Source: an uncultured Holophagales bacterium
Lineage (GTDB): Bacteria > Acidobacteriota > Thermoanaerobaculia > Multivoradales > UBA5704
Direction: 5' to 3'
Assembly (NCBI GenBank): GCA_963842525.1
Contig: CAWJGT010000003.1
Coordinates: 544,001-608,000, forward strand
DNA length: 64,000 bases
A model generated the notes under the pieces. The model did no database searches, was not told where the DNA came from, and saw only the letters and a program-made list of their open reading frames with translations. Made by a program: the position numbers and the translations under genes. Positions 1 through 11,330 of this stretch are shown here, one piece after another (positions within the stretch are counted from its first letter, which is position 1; each line of letters starts with the position of its first letter).

Positions 1-1
1 C

Positions 2-3000
2 GGGCCGGTGCCGGACGCCCTGGCGGTGCGGGCCTTCCTGCGCGAGCTGCTGCCGGAGCCGATGGTTCCGGCCTGGATCGTCCCCCTGCCGGAGCTGCCG
101 CTCACCGTCAACGGCAAGCTGGACCGGCGGGCCTTGCCGGAGCCGGAGGCCGGGGTCCGCGAGACGGCCCGGACCGTGCCCGCGAGCGAGCTCGAGCGGA
201 CCATCGCCGCGATCTGGTGCGAGGTGCTGGGCCTCGACCGGGTGGGGGTCGGGGAGAGCTTCTTCGATCTGGGCGGCCACTCGCTGCGGCTGGTCCAGGT
301 GCAGGCGCGGCTGCGGCAGGCCCTCGGACGCGAGCTCTCGGTGGTCGAGCTGTTCCAGTACCCGACCGTCGCCGCCCTCGCCCGTTTCCTCGACGACGGC
401 CGGCGGGAGGAGGGCCGCCCGGCGCCGCTCGCGCGGACCGCTCCGGCATCCCTGGTGGCCGAGGGCCGGTCCCGGGACATCGCGGTCATCGGCATGGCCG
501 GCCGCTTTCCCGGCGCGCGCGATGTCCAGGAGCTGTGGGACAACCTGCGCCAGGGCGTCGATTCGCTCACCTTCTTCTCCGACGAGGAGCTCCTGGCCGC
601 CGGCATTCCTCCGGAGCGGCTCGCTTCGCCCGACTACGTCAAGGCGGGCCGGGTGCTCGAGGGCATCGACCTCTTCGACGCCGGGTTCTTCGGCTTCAGC
701 CCGCGCGAAGCCGAGCTCTTGGACCCGCAGCAGCGGCTGTTCCTGGAGTGCGCATGGCAGGCGCTCGAGAGCGCCGGCCACAGCCCGCGGGGCTGCCGGG
801 GCCGGGTCGGCGTCTATGCCGGCGCGCGGATGAGCAGCTACGCCTTCAACATCTTCTCGCGCCCGGACATCCTGGAGTCGCTGGGCGACATCGCCGTGCA
901 GGCGGCCGTCGACAAGGACTACCTGGCCACCCGGGTCTCCTACGAGCTCGACCTCAAGGGGCCGAGCCTCACCGTGCAGACCGCCTGCTCGACCTCCCTG
1001 GTGGCGGTGCACCTCGCCTCCCAGTCCCTCGGCTCCGGCGAGTGTGACATGGCCCTCGCCGGCGGCGTCGCGGTGCAGACGCAGCAGCGCACCGGGTACA
1101 TGTACCAGCCGGGGAGCATCCTGTCCCGCGACGGCCGCTGCCGCACCTTCGACGCCCAGGCGAGCGGCACGCTCAGCGGGGACGGAGTCGGTGTGGTCGT
1201 CCTCAAGCGGCTGCAGGACGCCCTGCGCGACGGCGACACCATCCATGCCGTGATCAAGGGATCAGCCATCAACAACGATGGCGCTCTCAAGGTGGGCTAC
1301 ACCGCCCCGAGCGTCGAGGGGCAGGCGCAGGTCATCGCGGCGGCCCAGGAGGCGGCCGGCGTCTCCGCGGACAGCATCACCTATGTCGAGGCCCACGGCA
1401 CGGCCACGCCCCTGGGGGACCCGATCGAGATCGCCGCCCTGACCCAGGCCTTCCGCAAAGGGACCGACCGGACCGGCTTCTGCGCCGTGGGATCGGTCAA
1501 GACCAACCTCGGCCATCTGGATGCCGCGGCCGGGGTCACCGGCCTCATCAAGACCGCTCTTGCGCTCCGGCACCGCCAGATTCCGCCCAGCCTCCACTTC
1601 GCGGCGCCCAATCCGAAGATCGACTTCGCGGCAAGCCCGTTCTACGTCAACACGAAGCTCGCGGAGTGGCGGAGCGAAGAGGGGCCGCGCCGGGCCGGCG
1701 TGAGCTCCTTCGGGATGGGCGGTACGAACGCGCACGCCGTTCTCGAGGAGGCTCCCGCGGTCGAGCCCTCCGGGCCCTCGCGCGCTTGGCAGCTCCTCCA
1801 GCTCTCGGCCAGGACGCCCGAGGCCCTCGAGGAGGCCACCGCGAACCTGGCCCGCTTCCTCGCCCACAATCCCGGCGTCAGCCTGCCCGATGTCGCCCAC
1901 ACGCTCCAGGTGGGGCGGGTGGCCTTCGAGCACCGGCGCATGCTGGTCTGCCGCAACGTCGAAGAAGCCGTCGCCGGCCTGGAAGGAGGCCTCCCGGGAC
2001 GCCTCCTCTCGCGGCACACCGAGCCCGCCCACCGCCCGGTCGCCTTCCTGTTCCCCGGGCAGGGCGCGCAGCACGTGGACATGCTGCGCGGGCTTTACGA
2101 GACCGAGCCGGTGTTCCGGCGTGAGCTGGATGCCTGTGCCGAGCGGCTCCTGCCGCGGCTGGGACGTGACCTGCGCGATCTCCTGCATCCCGCGGCGGAG
2201 CGGCGCGAAGAGGCCAGGTGTGACCTGCGCCGGACCCGCTTCGCCCAGCCGGCCCTGTTCGCTGTCGAGCTCGCCCTCGCCCGCCTCTGGATCTCCTGGG
2301 GGATCCGGCCCTGGGCCCTGATCGGCCACAGCGTCGGCGAATATGTCGCCGCCTGCCTGGCCGGCGTCCTCTCCCTCGACGACGCCCTGCTGCTGGTCGC
2401 CGCGCGCGGCGAGCTGATGCAGGGGCTGCCGGCCGGGGCGATGCTCTCCGTCGACCTCGCGGAGAGCGAGCTCCTGCCGCTGCTCGGCCCCGACCTCGCC
2501 CTGGCCGCCGTCAATGGGCCATCCCTGTGCGTGGCGTCCGGTCCCGAGGAGACGATCGACGTGCTCGAAGCCCGCCTCGCGGAGCGCGACGTCCCCTGCC
2601 GCCGGCTCCACACCTCCCATGCCTTCCACTCCGGGATGATGGACCCGGTCCTCGCGCCCTTCGAGGAGACCTTGCGGCAGGTAGCTCTCAAGCCGCCGGC
2701 GATCCCCTACCTGTCCAACCTGACGGGGACCTGGATCACGGCGGCCGAGGCCACCGATCCCGCCTACTGGGTGAGACACCTGCGAGAGACCGTCCGCTTC
2801 GGAGAGGGGATCGCCCATCTGCTCGCCGAGCGGAGCGCCGTGCTGCTCGAGGTCGGCCCCGGACGGACGCTCGGCAGCCTGGCCCGGCGGCAGGCCGAGC
2901 CCGGCACCGGCCGCACCGTCGTCGCCTCCGCCCGTCATCCCCAGGACGGCGAGCACGACGCGGCCGTGCTGCTCGAGGCCGTCGGCCGCCTCTGGCTCGC

Positions 3001-6000
3001 CGGTCTCGAGATCGACTGGAGCGCCTTCCGCGCCGGCGAGCGCCGGCTGCGGCTCCCGCTACCCACCTACCCCTTCCAGCGTCGTCGCTTCTGGATCGAT
3101 CCGGCCCGGCCGGGGAGCGCTCCGAGCACGGCGAGCCGGTCCGCTGCCGAATGGTTCTACGAGCCGTCCTGGAAGGCTGCGGCCAGCGCCGTCGCGGACG
3201 CCTTCGTGCGCTCCCACAACGAGAGCCACCAGGTGCCCTGGCTGCGGGCGAGCCTCGAGGAGTGGCTCTCCGGCGAGGAGGGAGCCGGGGTGCTGCGCCG
3301 TCTCCTCACCCTGGATCCAGCGGCGCGCGTGATCGTCCCGGCCGTTCGGCCGGAGGACAGGACGGCTCTCGCCGTCGAGGCCGGCAGCGATTCACCGGTC
3401 CGCCGGGAGGAGGCGCTCCTGCCCGGCCATGCGCGCCCGGACCTCGCGACCCCCTACCAGGCTCCGGAGGGCGAGGTGGAGAAGCAGCTCGCCGGGATCT
3501 GGCAGGAGCTCCTGGGTGTCGAGCGCATAGGCGCCTGCGATGACTTCTTCGAGCTGGGCGGCCATTCGCTCCTCGCCATCCGCCTGCTGTCCCGCATCCG
3601 GCAGACGCTGAGCGCGGAGGTCTCCCTGGACGCCATTTTCGAGGCGGCCACGATCCGGGAGCTGGCCACCCTGGTGGCGGCCGCGGGGAGCGACGATCGA
3701 AAGCTACGGATGCCGGCCATCCTGGCGGTCCCGCGCGACGGGGCCCTTCCCCTCTCCTTCTCCCAGCAGCGGCTGTGGTTCCTCGACCAGCTCGATCCCG
3801 AGAGCTGGGCCTACAACATTCCCCTGGCGGTGGGGGTCCGCGGAGCCCTCGACGCAGCGGCTATGGAGAAGGCCCTGCGCGAGATCGTGCGCCGGCACGA
3901 GGCCCTGCGGACGACGTTCTGGACCGTCGAAGGCGAGCCGGTGCAGAGGATCGCGCCCGAGCTGTCGCTCCGCCTGCCGGTCGTCGACCTGTCGGGTCTG
4001 CCCGCGCCGGCGCGGAATACCGAGTCCCGGGTCCTGGTGCGCCGAGAGGCGCGTCAGCCTTTCGACCTTGCCGCAGGGCCGCTGCTGCGCTCGACCCTGG
4101 TCGAGCTCGGCCGGGAGGAGCGCCTCGCGTTCTTGACGATGCACCACATCGTCGGAGACGCCTGGTCGATCGGCCTGCTCGTGCGCGAGCTGGGGATCCT
4201 GTACGAAGCCTTCTCGCAGGGCCGTCCCTCGCCCCTTCCGGAAGCTCGCGGTCCAGTACGCCGACTTCGCCTCCTGGCAACGGCAGTGGCTCTCCGGCGC
4301 GGTGCTCGAGGAGGAGCTGGCCTACTGGAGGGAGCACCTGGACGGCTCGGCTCCGGCGCTGGACCTGCCCTTCGACCGGCCGCGGCCGGCGGTCCCGACC
4401 TTCGTGGGGGACAGCCGCCCGTTCTATCTGCCGGAGGAGCTGGCCGGCCGCATCCGCGCCTTCTCCCAGGAGCAAGGGGCGACGCTCTTCATGACCCTGC
4501 TGGCGGCCTTCCAGGTGCTCCTCTCCCGCACCTGCGGGCAGACCGACATCTCGGTCGGGACTCCTGTCGCGGGCCGCAATCATCTGCAGACCGAGGACCT
4601 GATCGGGTTCTTCGTCAATACCCTGGTGCTGCGGACCGACCTCGCCGGCGATCCCACCCTGCGGGAGCTGCTGGGCCGGGTGCGGAGCGTGGCCCTGGGG
4701 GCCTACTCCCATCAGGAGCTGCCGTTCGAGCTGCTGGTCGAGGAGCTGCAGCCGGTGCGCAGCCTCAATCAATCACCCCTGTTCCAGGTGATGCTCGTCC
4801 TGCAGAACGCGCCGGCCGCGACGCTCCAGGCCCGGAGCATCACCCTGGAATCGCTGCCGCTGGAGACGGGGACGGCCCGGTTCGACCTCACGATCGCGGT
4901 GGTCGAGACGCGCGGCGGCGTCTTCGGGTCCCTGGAGCACAACACCGACCTGTTCGACGGCACCACGGCGCAGCGCATGGTGCAGCACTTCGAGGCTCGC
5001 GTTGCGGGGCCTGGTCGAAGGCCCGGAACGCCGGCTCTCGGAGCTGCCGCTGCTGACGGAAGGTGAGCGGGCGCAACTGCTCGCGGAGTGGAACGACACC
5101 GGCGCCGAGCCGGCCTGGGAGGGTCCCGTCCACGAGCTCTTCGCACGATGCGCCGAGCGGTATCCGACCACCGAAGCCCTGATCTTCGAGGGGACGACGC
5201 TGACGTACGGCGAGCTGAGCCGAAGGGCCGGGCGGTTGGCCGCCTGGCTGCGCGTTCAAGGCGCGGGCCTCGAATCGCGGGTGGGTGTGTGCGTCGAGCC
5301 GTCGCCCGAGATGATCGTGAGCCTGCTGGGCATCCTCAAGGCAGGAGCCTCCTATGTGCCGCTCGACCCGGCCTATCCGCGGGAGCGCCTGGTGAGGATG
5401 CTTGAGGACTCCGGCGTCGAGCTGCTGCTGACCCAGGAGCGCTTCCGGTCCACCTTGCCCGGCAAGGCGGCCCTGCTGTGCCTGGATTCGGAGTGGGGCG
5501 TGGTGGAGGCGATGGGGCCTGAGATGGCCCAGACGGAGCAGGTGACGGCGAAGAGCGCGGCCTACATGATCTACACCTCCGGCTCCACGGGCACGCCCAA
5601 GGGTGTAGTGGCGGTGCACGGCGGCCTGGCCAGCTTCACGCGCTCCATGGTGGAGGCCCTGGCGCTCGCGCCCGGAGACCGGGTGCTCCAGTTCGCCTCG
5701 CTGAGCTTCGACGCTTCGGCGGTGCAGATCTTCCCGACCCTGGCGAGCGGAGCGGCCCTGGTGCTGCACCGCAACCCGCGTGCCCTCTCCACGCGCGAGC
5801 TCCTGGAGCTCTGCTCGGCGACGAGGGTGACGGTGCTCGACCTGCCGGCCGCCCTGTGGCGCCAGTGGGTCGGCGAGGGGATGGAGAGCGAGATCGCGGC
5901 TCCGATCCGCATGTACATGACGGGAGGCGAGGCGGTGCCGGCGCCGGTGCTGCGGGCCTGGGCGAGCCGGATGGAGCCAGCGGTGGGTTTCCTCAGCTCC

Positions 6001-8886
6001 TATGGTCCGACCGAGGCGACCGTCACTTCCACGGTCTTCCAGACGACGAGCGGCGAGGTGGACCGGCTCGCCCTCCCGGAGGTGCCGCTCGGCCGGCCGC
6101 TGCCCGGGACCGGGCTCTATCTGTTGGACGGCGGCCTCCAGCCTGTCCCGGTCGGCGTCCTCGGCGAGGTCTTTCTCGCCGGGGCAGGGGTGACGAGGGG
6201 ATACCTCCATCATCCGGGCCTGACGGCAGAGCGCTACCTGCCGGATCCATGGTCCGGGGAGCCCGGAGCGCGCGTGTACCGCGCGGGAGACCTGGCGCGC
6301 CGCCTGCCGGACGGGAGCCTTCAGTTCGCCGGGCGCCGCGATCAGCAGGTCAAGTTGCGCGGGTACCGGGTGGAGCTGGGAGAGATCGAGGCCTCCCTCG
6401 GGGCCTGCCCTGGGGTCCGGGAGAAGGTGGTGGTAGTGCGCGGAGAGGCGGCAGGAGACAGGCGCCTGGTGGCCTATGTGGTGCCGGAGCGACCGGACGA
6501 GCTGTCGGCGGAGGATCTGCTCGCCATGCTGCGGACGATGCTGCCGGCCCATATGGTCCCATCGTCCCTCGTCCTGCTCCCCCAGCTACCGCTGACGCCG
6601 AGCGGCAAGATCGACCGCAAGGCGCTGCCCGCTTTCGACGCCTCTTCGCTGCCACAGCAGCGGCAGGAGATCGGCCCGGTAAGGACGAAGCAGGAGATCG
6701 TCCCGGCACAGACGCAACTGGAGCTCGATCTCGTCCATCTCTGGGAAGAGCTGCTGGATGTGCGGCCGATCGGGATCCATGACAACTTCTTCGACCTTGG
6801 CGGTCACTCGCTCCTCACCGTGCGTCTCGTGGCCCAGATCGGGAAGAAGCTCGGCCGGCGCGTCCCCCTGGCGGTGCTCTTCGAAGGACCGACGATCAGC
6901 CACCTCGCGCGGCGGCTTGCGGCCGAGGAGGTGGCCCCGGCCTGGTCGCCGCTGGTGGCGATCCAGCCCGCGCACTCATTCTCGAAGCCGCCCCTGTTCT
7001 TCGTTCATCCCCTCGGCGGTGAGGTCCTGGCCTATTACCACCTGGCCCGGCACCTGGGCACGGACCAGCCGTTCTACGCCCTCCAGGCCGCGACGCTGCA
7101 CCACCAGGGAGGCGAGCCGCACCCCTCCATCGAGGAGATGGCGGCTCGCTATCTCGCGGAGGTGCGGAAGGTCCAGCCGCAGGGCTCCTACATGCTGGGA
7201 GGCTCCTCGTTCGGTGGTCTGGTCGCCTTCGAGATGGCCCAGCAGCTCCGCGGGCAAGGAGAGAAGGTTGCCCTTCTCGCCATGCTCGATACCCCGGTTC
7301 CGGTGAACGAGCCCGAGCTCTTCGACCTCGACTCCGCAGCCCTCATCCCCGCGCTGCTGCGCCAGCAGGCTCGGGGCCACGGCCGAGAGCTCCGCCTGAC
7401 CCCCAACGAGCTGCGAGGCCTTCTCCTGGAAGAGCAGGTCGATCTGGCTCTGGGGAGGGCGAAGGAAGCTGGAATCCTTGGCGGGGAGATCGACGCGGCT
7501 CTGCTGCACCGCTTCATCCGGGGCTACGAGCCGAGGATGCGGGCGATGCAACGCTACCGGGCCCGCCCCTATCCGGGCTCGATCGACCTGTTCCGTCCCC
7601 ATGAGTTGGACCCCGAGGAGCTGAGACACGCTTCCGCCGAGCGGCGGAAGCGGCTCGCGGACCCGGCCCTCGGCTGGGGTGCGTTCGCCGCCGGGGGGGT
7701 GGAGGTCTGCTACGTCCCCGGCCAGCACGAGACCATGACCGCCGAGCCTCACGTTCGCGAGCTCGCCAAGGCCCTGAAATCCCGCATCGGGCAGGTTGCC
7801 GAGGCCGAGGCCGCAGCCCCGAGGCTCTCTTTGACAGAGCAGAGGCGCAGGGGATCGACCCGCAGCTCGAGTCCTGAGGGGCTTAACAGCATCAAGAAGA
7901 TCGGAATGATCAACTGCTTTTTTGGCGCATGGCCGGGGTGGGCTGATCTGTTCATCGAAAGCTGTCGGTTCAATCCTACAGTCGATTTCTTTCTGGTCAG
8001 CGATTGTGCAGCCCCCCGGTGGGGAATTCCCCCCAACGTCAAGATCATCGACCTCGATCTGCAACAGTTCAGCAGGCGCGCGTCGGAGAGGCTGGGCCTG
8101 GAGATCCATCTCTCCAAGCCTTATAAGTTGAACGATTTCAAGCCATTCTGGGGAGTCATCTTCGAAGAGTACATCAAGGATTACGACTTCTGGGGATTCT
8201 GCGACCTGGACATCATCTTCGGAGACATTCGTGCATTCATGACCGACGAGCTCCTGGACAAGTACGACGTCATCGCGAGCCGGCGGGAGTTCATCACCGG
8301 ACACTTCCTGCTCTTCAGGAATACCGATGAGATCAGGCATCTGTATAAGAGGAGCTCGGACTGGCAGTGGGTCGCCACGAGCGAAGAGTTCTTGGTCTTT
8401 GAGGAATGCGGAATAGGACTTCATCCCAGACTCCTCCAAGGGGCCAGCTTTTCTGACCTGGCACCCGAGGGAGTCGTCGACAGCATGATGCACGTTCTCG
8501 CGCGTTCTCCTGAAATCCGTGTCCACCGGGAAACGATCTGCGGTGAACAGTTGTTCATATTAATCGGTGGCAATGCGGACAAAGCCCTGAAGATCCGTTG
8601 GGAGAGTGGAAAGATCTTTGATCTCATGGCCGATAAGGAGCTCATATACTTCCACTTCCTGTACCTGAAGTCTGAGGGCAGGCTCTTCCTTCCGCAATGG
8701 GAGACTATGCCTCCTGTCTTTCTGCTGACCCGGCGGGGGTTTTTTTGGGTAGGTCAACAAAAGCTGGGGCAGCGCCTCGAAAGCTCTTTCGATCGTGCTC
8801 TCTACTTTCTCCGGCGGTCTCTCCCGCTTGCGCCGAAACTTCTCAAGCGGCGGTTCTACAGGATCCTTGGAGGATTGAAGAAATGA
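2..8886 (+). CDS. Hybrid NRPS-PKS, 5'-partial: A(C-term)-T-KS-AT-(KR remnant)-ACP-C-A-T-TE-DUF6625-like; two apparent +1 frameshifts (~4243, ~4998)
   Basis: ORFs 8..5056, 4302..5066 and 5002..8886 join into one continuous domain series. Motifs: NGKLDR, GGHSL (272), KS TACSTS/HGT/GHLD, AT GHSVG and HAFH, ACP GGHSL (3557), [36 protein letters not shown]. Stop TGA at 8884-8886. Confidence 0.9.
476..3010 (+). other. KS-AT didomain, malonyl-type AT
   Basis: [13 protein letters not shown] start; catalytic Cys in VQTACSTS (~980-991); EAHGTAT; KTNLGHLD; AT GHSVG (2324-2338) and HAFHS. Confidence 0.9.
3746..6920 (+). other. NRPS module C-A-T; A code read as DAVDMGSVTK, substrate uncertain
   Basis: [19 protein letters not shown]; A segments [31 protein letters not shown]; [11 protein letters not shown]. 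Confidence 0.85.
6990..7790 (+). other. Type I thioesterase domain
   Basis: [10 protein letters not shown], nucleophile motif GSSFGG, LDT, and C-terminal GQHETM His. Confidence 0.9.
7891..8886 (+). other. DUF6625-like domain (DxD-containing, possibly glycosyltransferase-like), in frame after the TE
   Basis: [61 protein letters not shown] match the pattern I recognise for DUF6625 proteins of polysaccharide loci. Recognition by eye; needs an HMM check. Confidence 0.7.
8869..8873 (+). promoter_or_regulatory. Shine-Dalgarno site for the permease
   Basis: GGAGG 9 nt upstream of ATG 8883, which overlaps the upstream stop (ATGA, 8883-8886). Confidence 0.7.
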
Positions 8887-11297
8887 GAGATTTGCTGCAA
8901 GACGCCCGCTACGGATTGCGCAGGCTGTGGCAAGCTCCGGGGTTTACCGGGGCCGTGATGCTGGTGCTGGCTCTCGGCATTGGCGCCACGACGGCGATCT
9001 TCAGCGTGCTCGATGCCGCCCTGCTGCGGCCGCTGCCCTACCCCGAGCCCGAGCGACTGGTCGCGGTCTACGACCTGCAAGGGCAGGAGGAGGCGCCGGC
9101 CTCGTCCGCCGAATACCTCGACTGGAAGCGGGACACGGAGGTCTTCAGCGACTTCGGCGCGTACTTCATGATAGCGCTTGCGCTGACCGGTGAGGGTGAG
9201 CCGGAGATGGTCCGGGTCGTGCGGATGTCGGCCAGCGTGCCGCGGATGCTGGGCGCCCTGCCGCGTGTCGGGCGCGCGTTTGCGCCGGGCGAGGATGCGC
9301 TGGAGGCCGAGCGCGTCGTGATGTTGAGCGAAGCGCTGTGGCGGCGCCGCTTCGACGGCGACCAGAAGATCGTCGGCCGTGCCGTCACACTGGGAGATGA
9401 ACCGTACACGGTGATCGGCATCATCCCCCCAGGCCGGCGTTCGACCGTTCCGGCCGACCTGGCGGCGGCGCAGGAGATCGATGTATGGATTCCCCTGCGG
9501 CTCGAGCCGGAACGCATGCCGCGTAACCTGCACTTCATCAACGTGGTCGGACGGCTGCGCCCCGGGCTCGCCCTCGCGCAAGCCGAGGAGCGCATTGCGG
9601 CGTTGGCTCACCGGCTCCGGGAGAGCAAGGTGACGGACCATGGTATCCGCCTCGTCCGGCTGGAACGTATCGTGATCGGCGACGCGCGGCCGCTCCTCGC
9701 CGCCCTGGCTGGCGCGGTGGGCATGGTGCTCCTCATTGCCTGTACAAACGTGGCGAACCTGCTGCTGGCGCGCTCGGCGGTACGGCGGCGCGAGATCGCC
9801 ATCCGCGCGGCGCTCGGCGCGGCGCGCGGCCGCCTCGTACGGCAGCTCATGGTCGAGAGCCTTCTCCTGGCGTTGCTCGGCGGCGGTGCCAGCGTGCTCG
9901 TCGCATGGGGCGGCGTGGCCGCCCTCCGCAGGCTTGGCCCCGCCGGTATGCCGCGGCTCGCCGAGGCCGCGGTGGATGCGCGCATGCTGGGTTTCGCGCT
10001 GCTCCTTGCGCTGGTCACCGGCCTGCTCTTCGGCCTGCTCCCCGCGTGGCGCGCCTCGCGCGCCGACCTCGCCGAGGTGATGAAGACCGGCGCGCCGGGC
10101 GCCAGCGGAGGCCTCGCTCGCAGCCGTCTGCGCGGCGCGCTCATCGTGGCCGAGGTGGCGCTCTCGTTCGCTTTGCTCATCGGCGCCGGCCTGATGATCC
10201 GCAGCTTCGGCCGGCTGCTCGCGGTCGACAAGGGCTTCAACGCTGAGCGCGTGCTCAGCACCTCGGTCTCCTTGCCGTTCACCCGCTATCCCGAGCCGTA
10301 CCAGCAGGCCGCGTTCTTCCGCGAGCTCTGCGAGCGCGTAGCGGCGCTTCCGGGAGTCCAGTCTGCGGCCTTTGCCAGCAGCGTGCCCCTGGCGGGAGAT
10401 GTCAGCGGCGTAGTCCTCATCGAGGGCCGCACCTTTCCGCCGGACGCGCGACCGGTCGCCCAGAAGCGGATCGCCTCGCCGGGCTACTTCGCAGCGCTGC
10501 GCACACCGGTCCTCTCCGGGCGCGTCTTCGAGGACAAGGACGCCGCCGGCGCGCCGCCGGTGGTCGTCATCAACCAGGCCTTCGCGCGACGCTACTTCCC
10601 CGGCGAGAGCCCGCTCGGCAAGCGGGTCGATTTCGCGTGGGAGACCACCGGGATGGGGATGCAGGAGATCGTCGGCGTGGTCGCGGATATGCGGGAGCTG
10701 GCGCTCCACGAGCCGGCCGAGCCGACGATCTACATCCCGCAGGCGCAACGCCCGTCGAGTTGGGGCTATCTCATTGTGCGTACGACCCGAGATCCCATGG
10801 GCATGGTCTCCGCACTGCGCCGGGCGGTGACCTCGCTCGATCGCAACCTGCCGATCGCCCAGGTGCGCACGTTGGAGGAGCTGGTGGCCCAGGGGCTCGC
10901 GGAGCGCCGGCTCGCGATGTCCCTTTTCGGCGTCTTTTCCGCATTGTCGCTGGTGCTCGCCGCTTTAGGTCTTTATGCCGTCATCAGCTACATGGTGATG
11001 CAACGGCGGCAGGAGATTGGCATCCGGATGGCGCTCGGCGCGCGCACCGAGCACGTTCTGCGCGGGGTGCTGGGCCAGGGGCTGGCGCTGATCGCGGCCG
11101 GTGCGGCCCTCGGCGCGCTCGCCGCCCTATGGCTCGGGCGATTCCTCTCTGGGCTCATCTTCGGCGTCGGCACCACCGACCCCGCCACCTTCGCGGGTGT
11201 AGCGCTCCTGCTCGTGGCGACCGCTCTCCTGGCGAGCCTGGTGCCCGCGCTGCGCGCCGCCCGCCTCGATCCGGCGAGCGTGTTGCGTAGCGAGTAG
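8883..11297 (+). CDS. ADOP-family (Acidobacterial duplicated orphan permease) MacB/FtsX-type ABC permease, ~804 aa
   Basis: N-terminus [19 protein letters not shown]...[15 protein letters not shown]; [15 protein letters not shown]...[13 protein letters not shown]; second half [14 protein letters not shown]; C-terminus [17 protein letters not shown]. No ATPase domain. Confidence 0.92.
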   Translation: MRDLLQDARYGLRRLWQAPGFTGAVMLVLALGIGATTAIFSVLDAALLRPLPYPEPERLVAVYDLQGQEEAPASSAEYLDWKRDTEVFSDFGAYFMIALALTGEGEPEMVRVVRMSASVPRMLGALPRVGRAFAPGEDALEAERVVMLSEALWRRRFDGDQKIVGRAVTLGDEPYTVIGIIPPGRRSTVPADLAAAQEIDVWIPLRLEPERMPRNLHFINVVGRLRPGLALAQAEERIAALAHRLRESKVTDHGIRLVRLERIVIGDARPLLAALAGAVGMVLLIACTNVANLLLARSAVRRREIAIRAALGAARGRLVRQLMVESLLLALLGGGASVLVAWGGVAALRRLGPAGMPRLAEAAVDARMLGFALLLALVTGLLFGLLPAWRASRADLAEVMKTGAPGASGGLARSRLRGALIVAEVALSFALLIGAGLMIRSFGRLLAVDKGFNAERVLSTSVSLPFTRYPEPYQQAAFFRELCERVAALPGVQSAAFASSVPLAGDVSGVVLIEGRTFPPDARPVAQKRIASPGYFAALRTPVLSGRVFEDKDAAGAPPVVVINQAFARRYFPGESPLGKRVDFAWETTGMGMQEIVGVVADMRELALHEPAEPTIYIPQAQRPSSWGYLIVRTTRDPMGMVSALRRAVTSLDRNLPIAQVRTLEELVAQGLAERRLAMSLFGVFSALSLVLAALGLYAVISYMVMQRRQEIGIRMALGARTEHVLRGVLGQGLALIAAGAALGALAALWLGRFLSGLIFGVGTTDPATFAGVALLLVATALLASLVPALRAARLDPASVLRSE

Positions 11298-11330
11298 ACC
11301 CCTATCCGCGCGTGCGCCCTGATGGCTTCG

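Noticed and set aside
7831-7860. Perfect TTGACA -35 box before the DUF6625-like region
   Set aside because: No credible -10 element at 16-18 bp spacing.
8728-8746. Terminator-like or slippery G5-T7 run
   Set aside because: The stem is only 4 bp, it lies inside an open frame (RGFFW), and nothing supports termination or frameshifting.
8697-8882. Longer N-terminus for the permease, as given in the ORF track
   Set aside because: It overlaps the upstream CDS. The family-typical start MRDLLQD at 8883 has an SD site and an ATGA overlap.
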